From the NCBI GenBank assembly GCA_963770795.1, contig CAVYQR010000002.1, positions 1,174,209 to 1,238,208 of the forward strand: a stretch of DNA of 64,000 bases, read 5' to 3'. A program made the position numbers and the translations under genes. This DNA comes from an uncultured Chloroflexia bacterium (GTDB lineage Bacteria > Chloroflexota > Limnocylindria > Limnocylindrales > CSP1-4). Below the pieces are notes generated by a model. That model was given only the letters and a program-made list of their open reading frames with translations. It did not search any database and was not told where the DNA came from. Shown here piece after piece: positions 18,619-36,406 of this stretch (positions within the stretch are counted from its first letter, which is position 1; every line of letters begins with the position of its first letter).

Positions 18619-19430
18619 GTGGGCCGGACGATCGCCTGCACGAACCAGAAGGGCGGCGTCGGGAAGACCACGACGGTGGTCAATCTCGCAACCTATCTCG
18701 CTCTCCTCGGTGACCGCGTCCTCGTCATCGATCTCGATCCCCAGGGCAACGCCACGAGCGGCTTTGGCATCGACCGTGGTGCCGTGGCTGGATCGGTCTA
18801 CGACGCGCTCATCGACGGGCGCCCACTCTCGGAGCTGCACGTCGCCACGCTGGTGGGTGGACTTCGCCTGGTGCCCTCGTCCATCTCACTGGCCGGCGCC
18901 GAGGTCGAGCTCGCGCCCGTCGCCGGACGCGAGCGCCGCCTGGGCCGGGCCGTGGAACAGGAGCGGGATGCCTGGGACTGGATCCTCATCGACTGCCCGC
19001 CGTCCCTGGGACTGCTCACGGTCAACGCCCTGACCGGCGCGGACGCCGTGCTCGTCCCGATCCAGTGCGAGTACTACGCGCTCGAAGGGCTCACGCAGCT
19101 CATCGCGACCATCAACCTCGTCCGAGACCACCTGAACCCCGATCTCGAGATCACTGGGGTCGTGCTCACGATGTTCGACGCCCGTACGAACCTGTCCTCC
19201 GAGGTCGCCGCCGAGGTCCGCCGCCACCTGCACGGGGTCGTCTTCGAGACGATCGTCCCCCGCAGCGTGCGGCTGTCCGAGGCACCGAGCCACGGGCTCC
19301 CGATCGCGCTCTACCGGCCGGATTCCAAGGGGGCCGACGCCTATGCGCGTCTTGCCAAGGAGCTCCGCACACGCCGTGGAGCGTTCGAGCGGGTCGTGGT
19401 ACCGGCATCGATCGCCGCCGGAGCCGTCGC

Positions 19431-19434
<4 letters not shown>
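18619..19434 (+). CDS. parA: chromosome partitioning ATPase ParA/Soj
   Basis: Deviant Walker A KGGVGKTT, 271 aa, followed by parB. Confidence 0.92.
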
Positions 19435-22267
<2,833 letters not shown>

Positions 22268-22280
22268 GGTCCCGGTCAAC

Positions 22281-22802
22281 ATGTCCGACGTGCTGATCGG
22301 AGGTTCCAGGATCGTCCTGGAACCGCACAACTGCTTTGCCTGTGGGACGCTCAACGTCCACGGCCTGGGCCTGGAGTTGCACGCCTCCGACGACCGCTGC
22401 TGGACCGAGCTCGTCCTGCCGGAGCGCTTCCAGGGTTGGGAGGGCATCGCCCACGGCGGGATCGTGACCACGATCCTCGACGAGGTCATGGGCTGGGCCC
22501 TGATCGACCACGACATGTGGGGCGTCACCGCCCGCATGACCGTCGAGTTCAAGCGCCCGGTCCCGATCGGCCGCCTGATCCGCGGCGAGGGGCGGGTTGC
22601 CCGGGTCCGACGCCGCCTCGTGGACGCGGAGGGCATCATCCTGGACCCCGCGGACGGCGCGGTCCTCGCCCGCGCCGAGGCGACCTTCGTCGGCGCGCCG
22701 GAGGAGAAGAAGCGCGAGCTGAAGGCCCGCTACGGGTTCGGCATCGCCCAGGAGATGGCAACCGTGACCGGCACTCCCGAGACCGTGGACGTCGCCCGAT
22801 GA
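22281..22802 (+). CDS. PaaI/hotdog-fold thioesterase family protein
   Basis: HGGIVTTILDEVMGWA motif typical of PaaI/4HBT thioesterases. ATG at 22281. Confidence 0.6.
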   Translation: MSDVLIGGSRIVLEPHNCFACGTLNVHGLGLELHASDDRCWTELVLPERFQGWEGIAHGGIVTTILDEVMGWALIDHDMWGVTARMTVEFKRPVPIGRLIRGEGRVARVRRRLVDAEGIILDPADGAVLARAEATFVGAPEEKKRELKARYGFGIAQEMATVTGTPETVDVAR

Positions 22803-23830
22803 CCGCCCCGTCGGGCAGCGCGATGGCCGCCACGATGTCCCCGCCCACCGCGGCGGGCCGCGGCGTTCCGAGCGCCACCACTGCCCGTGCCCGCACCCTG
22901 GTCGCCGAGCGCACACCCCACGCCGTGGCCATCGGCCGTGCGGCCGGTGAGGTCGCTCTGGATCCGGCCGCTGCGGTCGAGATCCTTCGCCGCGGCCTGG
23001 GGGATCTCGCGGACCCCGAGTACCGGCAGGGCATCTCGGGCGTCGCTCCCGGAATCGGGACCATCCTGGGCGTCCGCGGCGCGCTGCTGCACGCCGTCGG
23101 CCGCGGGCTCCGCGCCACCACGCGCCGGGACCGCGGTGCCGTCCTGCTGGACGTCGCCGAACGGCTCCTCCGTGAGGAGCCCCTGGAGATGCACTGGCTC
23201 GCGTTCGAGATCCTGGAGCGCACGATCGCCGCCGAGCCCGAGCGGACCTGGCAGCTCGTGCGTGCAGAGGCGCGCTCGGCCGGAGACTGGATCACCGTGG
23301 ACACCCTGGCCCACGCCGCGGGCCGCGGAGTCCTCGCCGAGTCGTACCGGTGGGCCGAGCTCGAGCAGCTCGTCTACTCGCCATCCCGCTGGGAACGCCG
23401 CCTCGTCGGCTCGACCGTCGCCACGATCCCGTTCACCGACAGCACAACCGGTCGCACGCCCGACGTGGCACGCCGAGGCCTGGCCCTGGTCGGCGACCTG
23501 CTGGGCGATTCCGAGCCGGACGTCCAGAAGGCCCTCTCCTGGGCGTTGCGCAGCATGACGCTGATCGATCTGCCCGAAACGGTGGCCTTCCTGCGGGCGG
23601 AGGCTTCGCGCGCCGCCGCGGCGGCCGACGGCCACCGCGCGTGGGTGATCCGCGACACGTTCGAGAAGCTCCCTCCCGACGTGGCGGGCGAGCTCGGTGC
23701 CACCCTCGCCGGCATCCGCAAGCGGCCCGGCGCCCCTTCGACATCCCGCGCCTCGGCGACCGCAGCCGACTTTCTGGGCCTCGGCATCGGCGTCCAGCCG
23801 TCCGAGCGCCCCATCGTTGTCCGATCCTGA
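22799..23830 (+). CDS. DNA alkylation repair enzyme family protein (AlkD/AlkC-like HEAT-repeat protein)
   Basis: Motifs DWITVDTLAHAAG and QKALSWALRSM resemble the PF08713 family. Start overlaps upstream stop. Confidence 0.5.
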   Translation: MTAPSGSAMAATMSPPTAAGRGVPSATTARARTLVAERTPHAVAIGRAAGEVALDPAAAVEILRRGLGDLADPEYRQGISGVAPGIGTILGVRGALLHAVGRGLRATTRRDRGAVLLDVAERLLREEPLEMHWLAFEILERTIAAEPERTWQLVRAEARSAGDWITVDTLAHAAGRGVLAESYRWAELEQLVYSPSRWERRLVGSTVATIPFTDSTTGRTPDVARRGLALVGDLLGDSEPDVQKALSWALRSMTLIDLPETVAFLRAEASRAAAAADGHRAWVIRDTFEKLPPDVAGELGATLAGIRKRPGAPSTSRASATAADFLGLGIGVQPSERPIVVRS

Positions 23831-23862
23831 CCTGACCTGACCGACCGGAGGAGCTCCAACAC

Positions 23863-26426
<2,564 letters not shown>

Positions 26427-26430
<4 letters not shown>

Positions 26431-27518
26431 CCGCCTTCGGCGCACGGGAGGCCGGCGTGTACGCGGATCAGTTCGAGATCTACCACGGCAACGCCAACCC
26501 GGAGCTGGCCCGGAAGATTTCGCGCTGGCTGGGGAGCGAGCCGGGCAAGGCCGAGGTGTTCCAGTTCGCGAACGAGAACATCTTCGTCCGGATCATCGAC
26601 AACGTCCGCGAGAAGGACGTGTTCGTGGTCCAGCCCACGTCGCGCCCGGTCAACCAGTCGATCATGGAGCTCCTGATCATGATCGACGCCTTCAAGCGGG
26701 CGTCGGCCGGGCGGATCACCGCCGTGGTCCCGTACTACGCCTACGGTCGCTCCGACAAGAAGGACCAGCCGCGGGTGCCGATCACCGCCCGCCTGATCGC
26801 CGACATGATCTCGGTGGCGGGCGCGGACCGGATGCTGACCATGGACCTCCACCAGGGCCAGATCCAGGGGTTCTTCAACATCCCCGTGGATGAGCTGACC
26901 GCGGTCCACATGCTCAGCCGTCACTTCCTGGACCGCAAGATCGAGGATCCCGTGGTGGTCACCGATCTCGGGTTCGCCAAGCGCGCCCGGGCGTTCGCGG
27001 AGCTGCTCGACGCGCCGCTGGCCATCGTCGAGAAGCGCCGCCACGGGAACCAGGACCGGGCCGAGGTGGTCAACGTCATCGGCGAGGTGCGTGGCCGGCG
27101 GGTCATCATCGTGGACGACGAGATCGACACGGCCGGAACCCTGATCGAGATCACCCGTGCGCTGGAGCGCGAAGGCGTTCACGAGATCTACGCCTGCGCC
27201 ACCCACGGCGTCCTGTCCGAGCCGGCGATCGAGAGGATCGCGAATGCGAACGTGATCGAAGTGGTCATCACCGACACGATCCCGCTTGCGCTCGGGCGGC
27301 ACATCCCCAAGATCAAGGTGCTCTCGGTGGCACCCCTCATCGGGGAGGCGATCAAGCGCATCCACCGGGGCGAGTCCGTGGGAGCGTTGTTCTCCTCGGA
27401 GGTCTCGTTCACCCAGGAGATGCTCCTGTGGGACGAGATGATCGACAACGAAGCCAACGTCCCGGCGCCAGCCGGAGACGGCGTACCATCAGCAACACCC
27501 GCACCGGCCGGCGTCTGA
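26427..27518 (+). CDS. prs: ribose-phosphate pyrophosphokinase family protein
   Basis: PRPP synthetase motifs ([24 protein letters not shown]). Confidence 0.85.
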
Positions 27519-27542
27519 GCGCCCGCCACCACACGGAGACCC

Positions 27543-27797
27543 ATGAGCCTGCAGCTGCACCGCCCCGACGGCAAGGGCGGACTCGAGGTCCGGAGCGCGC
27601 CGGACCAGGACTGGCGGAGCGACCTCCGCTCCTCACGCTGGGGCGCGGCGCTCAAAGGGGGCATGCTGCCCGGCCTCGCGAACCCTGAGATGAACCCCAC
27701 CTCGTCCGCGCGCTCGGTCGCGTTCTGGGGCGTGCTCGCCCTCATCACCTTCGTGATCATCGTGGCCGGCTACGGCTCGGGCTTCTGGAGCCTGTAG
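27543..27797 (+). CDS. hypothetical small membrane protein (C-terminal TM)
   Basis: 84-aa ORF with no known domain. Weak support. Confidence 0.3.
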   Translation: MSLQLHRPDGKGGLEVRSAPDQDWRSDLRSSRWGAALKGGMLPGLANPEMNPTSSARSVAFWGVLALITFVIIVAGYGSGFWSL

Positions 27798-27983
27798 GAA
27801 CCGGGAACCCGATCGCGGCACCCGGCGTCCGTGGGGCACTATGCAGCGAATCCTCATCTGCACCCTCATCCCGGGCGAGGGGCATGCCTTCACCGCTGGC
27901 TCGGCAGACATCCTGATGTCCGCGGTGGTCAGGCTGCAGGCCAGCGTGGCCGTCACACGACCCGCCCCGGAGGAGGCCCCCTG

Positions 27984-28184
27984 ATGCGCGCCGGCTTCAT
28001 CGTCTCGGGCGTCCTCGGCCTCGGCACCGTGCTGGTCTTCGCCGCTGCCGCTCTCGTCTCCCTGGCCTTCCCCAACGGCGCCACCGTGTCCGCCGGCTGG
28101 AACGGGGGCCAGGTATGGGCGACTGACGGGATGGCCGTCCCGGCCCGCTTGCCGGCGGTGATCGAGGTCCCCGTCGAGAAGTAG
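27984..28184 (+). CDS. hypothetical small membrane protein (N-terminal TM), good RBS GGAGGAGG
   Basis: ATG 27984 preceded by GGAGGAGG. 67 aa. Confidence 0.35.
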   Translation: MRAGFIVSGVLGLGTVLVFAAAALVSLAFPNGATVSAGWNGGQVWATDGMAVPARLPAVIEVPVEK

Positions 28185-28249
28185 CCAGACTGCCCCGGAC
28201 GAGCGCCCGGACGGGGGCTCCCGCGCACGCACCCTATACTCAGCCGGCC

Positions 28250-31285
<3,036 letters not shown>

Positions 31286-31308
31286 TCCCTGCACGGACCC
31301 GGGATGTG

Positions 31309-31911
31309 ATGCGCCTGGTCCTTGCCGGTGGCCTCGTCGTGGTGCTTGCCGCCGGCTTCACCACCGCCCGCATCTGGCAGCAGGGAGACATGGACGAGCG
31401 CCGATCCGTCGATGCGATCGTCGTCCTCGGTGCTGCCCAGTACGACGGCAGGCCCTCGCCCGTGTTCGAGGCTCGGCTGGAGCACGCGATCGCGCTCTGG
31501 AAGGAGGGGGTCGCCCCCTGGTTCGTGGTGACTGGTGGCAAGCTGCCAGGCGACCGGACCACGGAGGCCGCCGTCGCCCGCGCGTATGCGATCGCCAACG
31601 GAGTCGCGGAGAGCGCCATCTTCGGCGAGGACGAGGCCCACAACACGCTCGATTCGCTCGCGGCCGTTGCCGGGCAGATGCGGGCGCGCGATCTGCGCAC
31701 GGCGGTGATCGTGTCCGATCCGACGCACATGCTGCGGGCCCTCCGGATCGCCGATGACCTGGGCATCGAAGCGTGGGGGTCGCCCACGACGAGTTCGCCC
31801 ATTGCCGCTGACCCGGTCCGGACGGCGAGCGCGCTGATCCACGAGCTCGGCGCCCTTGGTCTGTACTTCCTCTCGGGCGGAGCTCCGACGGTCGAGCACA
31901 CGGGGGGCTGA
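31309..31911 (+). CDS. DUF218/YdcF-family protein
   Basis: IVVLGAAQYDGRPSPVFEARLEHA...WFVVTGGK pattern of DUF218. Start GTG 31306 or ATG 31309. Confidence 0.7.
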   Translation: MRLVLAGGLVVVLAAGFTTARIWQQGDMDERRSVDAIVVLGAAQYDGRPSPVFEARLEHAIALWKEGVAPWFVVTGGKLPGDRTTEAAVARAYAIANGVAESAIFGEDEAHNTLDSLAAVAGQMRARDLRTAVIVSDPTHMLRALRIADDLGIEAWGSPTTSSPIAADPVRTASALIHELGALGLYFLSGGAPTVEHTGG

Positions 31912-32209
31912 AGCCCAGCCAATCCGAGGCGTCGGGCGAACCGGAGAGGCTCGCCTGGCATACGATTTCCGCGAGCGTTCCCGGCAAACGGCGGAATCGA
32001 CCCGTAAACCACCCCAAATGATCGATTTTCGCGGTCCGAAACCGATTCCCCCTCTTGGAATGCGCGGGACCCTCTCCTATACTCGAGCGAAGTCCTTCGT
32101 CACCCAGGGACCGGCGCCGAGCCTCACGCATCGCCCACTACTCCCCGCGGCGCCTCCGTCCCGAACCGTCACGCTCGACCGACAACCGAAGGACCAGAGA
32201 GAGGGAGCC

Positions 32210-32434
32210 GTGAAGCAGGCCGAAGAAGCCCAGTTCGTGGATCTCATCGCTTGCGAACGGGACTGCCGGTCCTGCAGCTATGCCGCTGCCCTCGACTGCG
32301 ATGGCAACTGCGGTGTCTGCACCCACAACTCCTATTGCCCCTGCGTGAACCCCGTCGTCGCCCGGAGCAAGACCGCCCTGCGGCTGATCGAGCTCCGTCC
32401 GATCCTGCTCCAGGATCTCCAGGTACGCGCCTAG
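32210..32434 (+). CDS. small Cys-rich protein (74 aa, two CX3CX2C motifs plus CxC), translationally coupled to prfB
   Basis: GTG 32210 preceded by GAGGGAG. Sequence CERDCRSC....CDGNCGVC.....CPC. Stop TAG overlaps the prfB GTG start by 1 nt. Confidence 0.45.
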   Translation: MKQAEEAQFVDLIACERDCRSCSYAAALDCDGNCGVCTHNSYCPCVNPVVARSKTALRLIELRPILLQDLQVRA

Positions 32435-33560
32435 TGGACGCGACGTCCACGCGCGATCTGGCGGAGCGGATCCGGTCGACCTCGGGGCGGCTTTGACCTA
32501 GCCGCCAAGGAAGGACGCGTCGCGGAGCTCGATGCCCGCGCGACTGAGCCCGGCTTCTGGGACGATCAGCGCGCCGCCCAGAAGGTGACCCGCGAGGCCG
32601 AGTGGCTGCGCCAGGAGATCGCCCTGTGGCGCTCGCTCGAGAAGCGCGCCGGCGACCTCGAGGAGCTGCTCGGACCTGCTGCAGGATTCGCCCGACCCCG
32701 AGACCGAGCGGGATGTCGAACGCGAGGCAGACGCCCTCCGCGCCGAGTTCGAGCGCGAGCGGACGCTCCTCCTGTTCTCCGGCGAGTACGACGCCAAGAA
32801 CGCGGTGCTGACGATCAGCGCGGGCGCGGGCGGGACCGAGGCCACGGACTGGGCGGAGATGCTCCTCCGGATGTATCTCCGCTGGGCGGAGCGCCACCGC
32901 TTCAAGGCCACCATCATCGACTCCCTGGAGGGGGAGCAGGCCGGCATCAAGAGCGCCACGATCGAGATCAACGGCCGGTTCGTCTACGGTTGGCTGCGCG
33001 TGGAGCGCGGCGTCCACCGCCTCGTGCGGATCAGCCCGTACGACGCCCAGAAGCGCCGCCAGACCACGTTCGCCCTGATCGAGGTCATGCCGGAGGCGGA
33101 CGAGGACGTCGAGATCGAGCTCAACTGGGACGAGATCCGGACCGACACGTTCCGCTCCTCGGGCGCCGGCGGGCAGCACGTCCAGAAGACGGAGTCCGCC
33201 ATCCGGCTGACCCACATCCCGACCGGGATCGTCGTCGCGTGCCAGAACGAGCGATCCGCCACGCAGAACCGCGAGATCGCCATCCGCGTGCTCAAGTCCC
33301 GGCTCCTGGAGCTGGAGCTCGAGAAGCGCGAGGAGGAACTGCGCAAGCTCCGCGGCGAGCACGTGACCGCCGGCTGGGGCAACCAGATCCGTTCCTATGT
33401 CCTGCATCCGTACCAGATGGTCAAGGACCTGCGCTCCGGCCACGAGACCTCCAACACCGGGGCCACGCTCGACGGAGACCTGGACGCGTTCATGCAGGCC
33501 GAGCTGGAACGGGTGGCCACCGGGCGCCCGCCCTCCGCGGACGACGACGGGGACGCCTGA
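32434..33560 (+). CDS. prfB: peptide chain release factor 2 (programmed +1 frameshift at CTT TGA C, 32491..32497; additional apparent 1-nt frameshift near 32672)
   Basis: N-terminal 20 codons end at in-frame TGA preceded by GGGG(CGG)CTT. The +1 frame continues (ORF 32585.. frame), then a second shift into the frame of ORF 32805..33560, which carries the SPYD..GGQHVNKT..GGQ-type C-terminal domain (SAGAGGTEA...SGAGGQHVQKTES). Confidence 0.75.
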
Positions 33561-33564
33561 GCCC

Positions 33565-34584
33565 GTGGCTGCGGGCCACGTCGTCACGTTCAGGCCGGGG
33601 CGGGACGACGACCTTGACGCGTGCATCCTGACCTGGAAGGCCGGCCTGGAGGGCTACCAGGCGCGGTTCGGGCTGCCGCCGGTCCCCGACGACCTCGGAC
33701 CCCTGCGGCGACTGCTCGCCCATGCGCTGGCCACGGATCCGGATCGGTTCTGGGTGGCCGTGGCCCCGGCCGCGGATGACGAGGGCGGGGGGTCAGAGCG
33801 ACTGATCGGGTTCTCCTCGGCCACGGTCCGCGAAGGGCTCTGGTACCTGGGCATGCTGTTCGTGGAGCCGGACGCCCAGGACCGCGGCATCGGGTCTGCG
33901 CTGCTGGATCGGGCACAGGCGGGCCGGGACGTGGACCCGGGAGGACCAGCGGTGCCGGGCCCGGGTCATCCGCTCGACACCGGCATCACGACCTGGGGCA
34001 TGGGCACCGACACCGCACAGCCCGTCTCCAACGGCATGTACGCGCGGCGCGGCATGCTGCCACGGGTCCCCGTCTGGCGCCTGTTCGGCGAGCCGCGGCG
34101 CTGGTCCGCCATCCCGCCGCTCCCCGCCATGCTGGAGTCCGTGCCGTTCGAGGCGCTGGCGGCCGACGGCAGGGACGGGCATCGACGACTCGCCGAGATC
34201 ATCGACTCGCTGGATCGCGAGATCGTGGGCGCGGCCCATCCCGCCGACCACGCCTACCTCCGGCGCGACGGGAGGAGCGGGTTTCTCGTCCGGGAGCGGG
34301 GCTCCGGGCGGGCGCTCGGGTACGGCTACGGGAGCTCCGTGGGGCGGTTGGGGCCCGTGGCCGCCTTGGACCCGGCGCTCCACCCCATGATCCTCGGCGT
34401 GCTGGTACGGGATACGCCCGCCCTGGGCCCCGTGGCGATCTGGGTGCCGGGCAGCGCGACGGAAGCGATGCGGGCGCTGCTGGAGGCCGGCCTGCGATTG
34501 GACGGCTTCCCGGCCCTGCTGTGCTGGTCCTCGGCGACCCACCCATTCGAGCGCTACCTCCCGATCTCGCTCGCGCTGGTGTGA
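33565..34584 (+). CDS. GNAT-family N-acetyltransferase
   Basis: FVEPDAQDRGIGSALL acetyl-CoA-binding motif. GTG 33565. Confidence 0.6.
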   Translation: MAAGHVVTFRPGRDDDLDACILTWKAGLEGYQARFGLPPVPDDLGPLRRLLAHALATDPDRFWVAVAPAADDEGGGSERLIGFSSATVREGLWYLGMLFVEPDAQDRGIGSALLDRAQAGRDVDPGGPAVPGPGHPLDTGITTWGMGTDTAQPVSNGMYARRGMLPRVPVWRLFGEPRRWSAIPPLPAMLESVPFEALAADGRDGHRRLAEIIDSLDREIVGAAHPADHAYLRRDGRSGFLVRERGSGRALGYGYGSSVGRLGPVAALDPALHPMILGVLVRDTPALGPVAIWVPGSATEAMRALLEAGLRLDGFPALLCWSSATHPFERYLPISLALV

Positions 34585-34645
34585 TCGGCGCCCGGCGCAC
34601 CCGGCCGGGCGTGGCAGCTCCCTGTGCTAGCCTCCGGATCGAGCC

Positions 34646-35413
34646 ATGACCGCCCCCCCCGGCACGCCGCCGTCCCTCCTCGACCGCCTCCGCGGGCGCC
34701 GCCGCCCGGACCGTTCGGACCACAACGTCGTCGTCCTGCACGACGTGACGATGCGCTACCCCAACGGCAACGAGGCCCTGCGCGAGGTTGACCTCGTGGT
34801 CCCCGAGGGCGACTTCGTGTTCCTGGTCGGCCCGTCCGGGGCCGGCAAGTCCACGCTGATGAAGCTGCTGATCCGCGACGAGCTTGCGACGCGCGGCGAC
34901 GTGCTCGTGGACGGCCACGACCTTGCACGGCTCCCGCGCCGGATGGTTCCCAAGGTCCGCCGCAAGATCGGCATCGTCTTCCAGGACTTCAAGCTGCTGC
35001 CGCGCAAGACCGTCCGGGAGAACGTGGCCTTCGCGCTCGAGGTGACCGGCTCGCCTCGCCGCACCATCCGCCCGTCCGTCGACCGCGTTCTGGCGCTCGT
35101 GGGCCTCACGGGGCAGGCGGACCAGATCCCCACCCAGCTCTCCGGCGGCGAGCAGCAGCGGACGGCCATCGCACGCGCGCTCGTGCACGACCCGCGCCTG
35201 ATCATCGCGGACGAGCCGACCGGCAACCTTGACCCGGTGATCAGCTGGGAGATCATCCAGCTCCTGCTCCGCATCAACGAGCTGGGGGTCACCATCCTGA
35301 TGGCCACCCATCAGGCCGATGTGGTCACCGCGCTGCGAAAGCGCGTCGTGGCGCTGGAGGATGGCCGGGTCATCCGCGATGAGACCGGCGCGACCTACCA
35401 CCGCGAGGACTGA
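34646..35413 (+). CDS. ftsE: cell division ATP-binding protein FtsE
   Basis: Walker A GPSGAGKST, LSGGEQQR, Walker B. Followed by ftsX. Start may be further downstream. Confidence 0.9.
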   Translation: MTAPPGTPPSLLDRLRGRRRPDRSDHNVVVLHDVTMRYPNGNEALREVDLVVPEGDFVFLVGPSGAGKSTLMKLLIRDELATRGDVLVDGHDLARLPRRMVPKVRRKIGIVFQDFKLLPRKTVRENVAFALEVTGSPRRTIRPSVDRVLALVGLTGQADQIPTQLSGGEQQRTAIARALVHDPRLIIADEPTGNLDPVISWEIIQLLLRINELGVTILMATHQADVVTALRKRVVALEDGRVIRDETGATYHRED

Positions 35414-35419
35414 GGAAGC

Positions 35420-36304
35420 GTGATCACGTTCGTCGTCTTCTCGCTCCGGAGGGCCTGGCAGGGCTTCTGGCGCAACGCGCTCATGAGCCTCGCCGCAACT
35501 CTCACGATGGTGCTCATGCTCCTGCTCCTGGCCAGCTTCCTGATCCTCCAGAACGTGCTCCTGGCCAGCCTCTCCTACGTCGAGCAGAAGGTGGAGGTGG
35601 TCGCCTACCTCGAGAACACGGCCACGCAGGAGCAGGTGGATGCGCTCGTCGTCACGGTCGACGCGATGCCGGAGTCGACTTCGGTCGAGTTCCTGTCGCG
35701 TGATGAGGCGCTCCGCAGGTTCCGTGAGGCGCAGGAGGCACAGGGACGCGAGGACCTGACGAAGTACCTCGAGGCCAATCCGCTCTACGCCAGCATCAAC
35801 GTCAAGCTCCGGGCACCGGGCGACCTGGACGCCGTGGCGTCGGCGCTGCGCGACGAGCCGATCGTGCGCAACGTGCTGAACATCGAGGCGCTGGTCGAAC
35901 GCGTGGTCACCATCACGTCCTTCGTCCGCACGGCGGGCGTGGCGATGGTGGCGATCGTCGGGTTGATCGTGCTGTTCATCATCGTGAACACGATCCGGCT
36001 CGCGGTGGTCGCCCGGGCGGAAGAGATCGAGATCATGCGCCTGGTGGGGGCGTCCGATGCGTTCATCCGCTGGCCGTTCGTGTTCGAGGGCGCGCTGGTT
36101 GGGCTTCTGGGAGCGCTGATCACCCTGGGCCTGCTCGCCGCCGCGGCCGATCCGCTCTCGGCGGCGATGGTCGGCTTCTTCAACGTGCTGCCGCTGCAGC
36201 TGGGCACGCTCGGCCGGGACACGGCGCTGATCGTGATCGCAACGGGCCTGGGGCTGGGGGTGATCGGCTCCTGGCTGTCCGTGCGGACGTACCTGATCCG
36301 CTGA
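35420..36304 (+). CDS. ftsX: cell division permease-like protein FtsX
   Basis: Four-TM FtsX topology with a large extracytoplasmic loop. GTG 35420. Confidence 0.9.
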   Translation: MITFVVFSLRRAWQGFWRNALMSLAATLTMVLMLLLLASFLILQNVLLASLSYVEQKVEVVAYLENTATQEQVDALVVTVDAMPESTSVEFLSRDEALRRFREAQEAQGREDLTKYLEANPLYASINVKLRAPGDLDAVASALRDEPIVRNVLNIEALVERVVTITSFVRTAGVAMVAIVGLIVLFIIVNTIRLAVVARAEEIEIMRLVGASDAFIRWPFVFEGALVGLLGALITLGLLAAAADPLSAAMVGFFNVLPLQLGTLGRDTALIVIATGLGLGVIGSWLSVRTYLIR

Positions 36305-36406
36305 CGCCGGCCGGGGATCGGGAGCGCCGGCGGCCCGGATCGGGGACCGGTTGTACGCTGGCGGCCCGCGCCCGGAGGGGCGCCTGCATCGATCGAGAAC
36401 CTGCGC

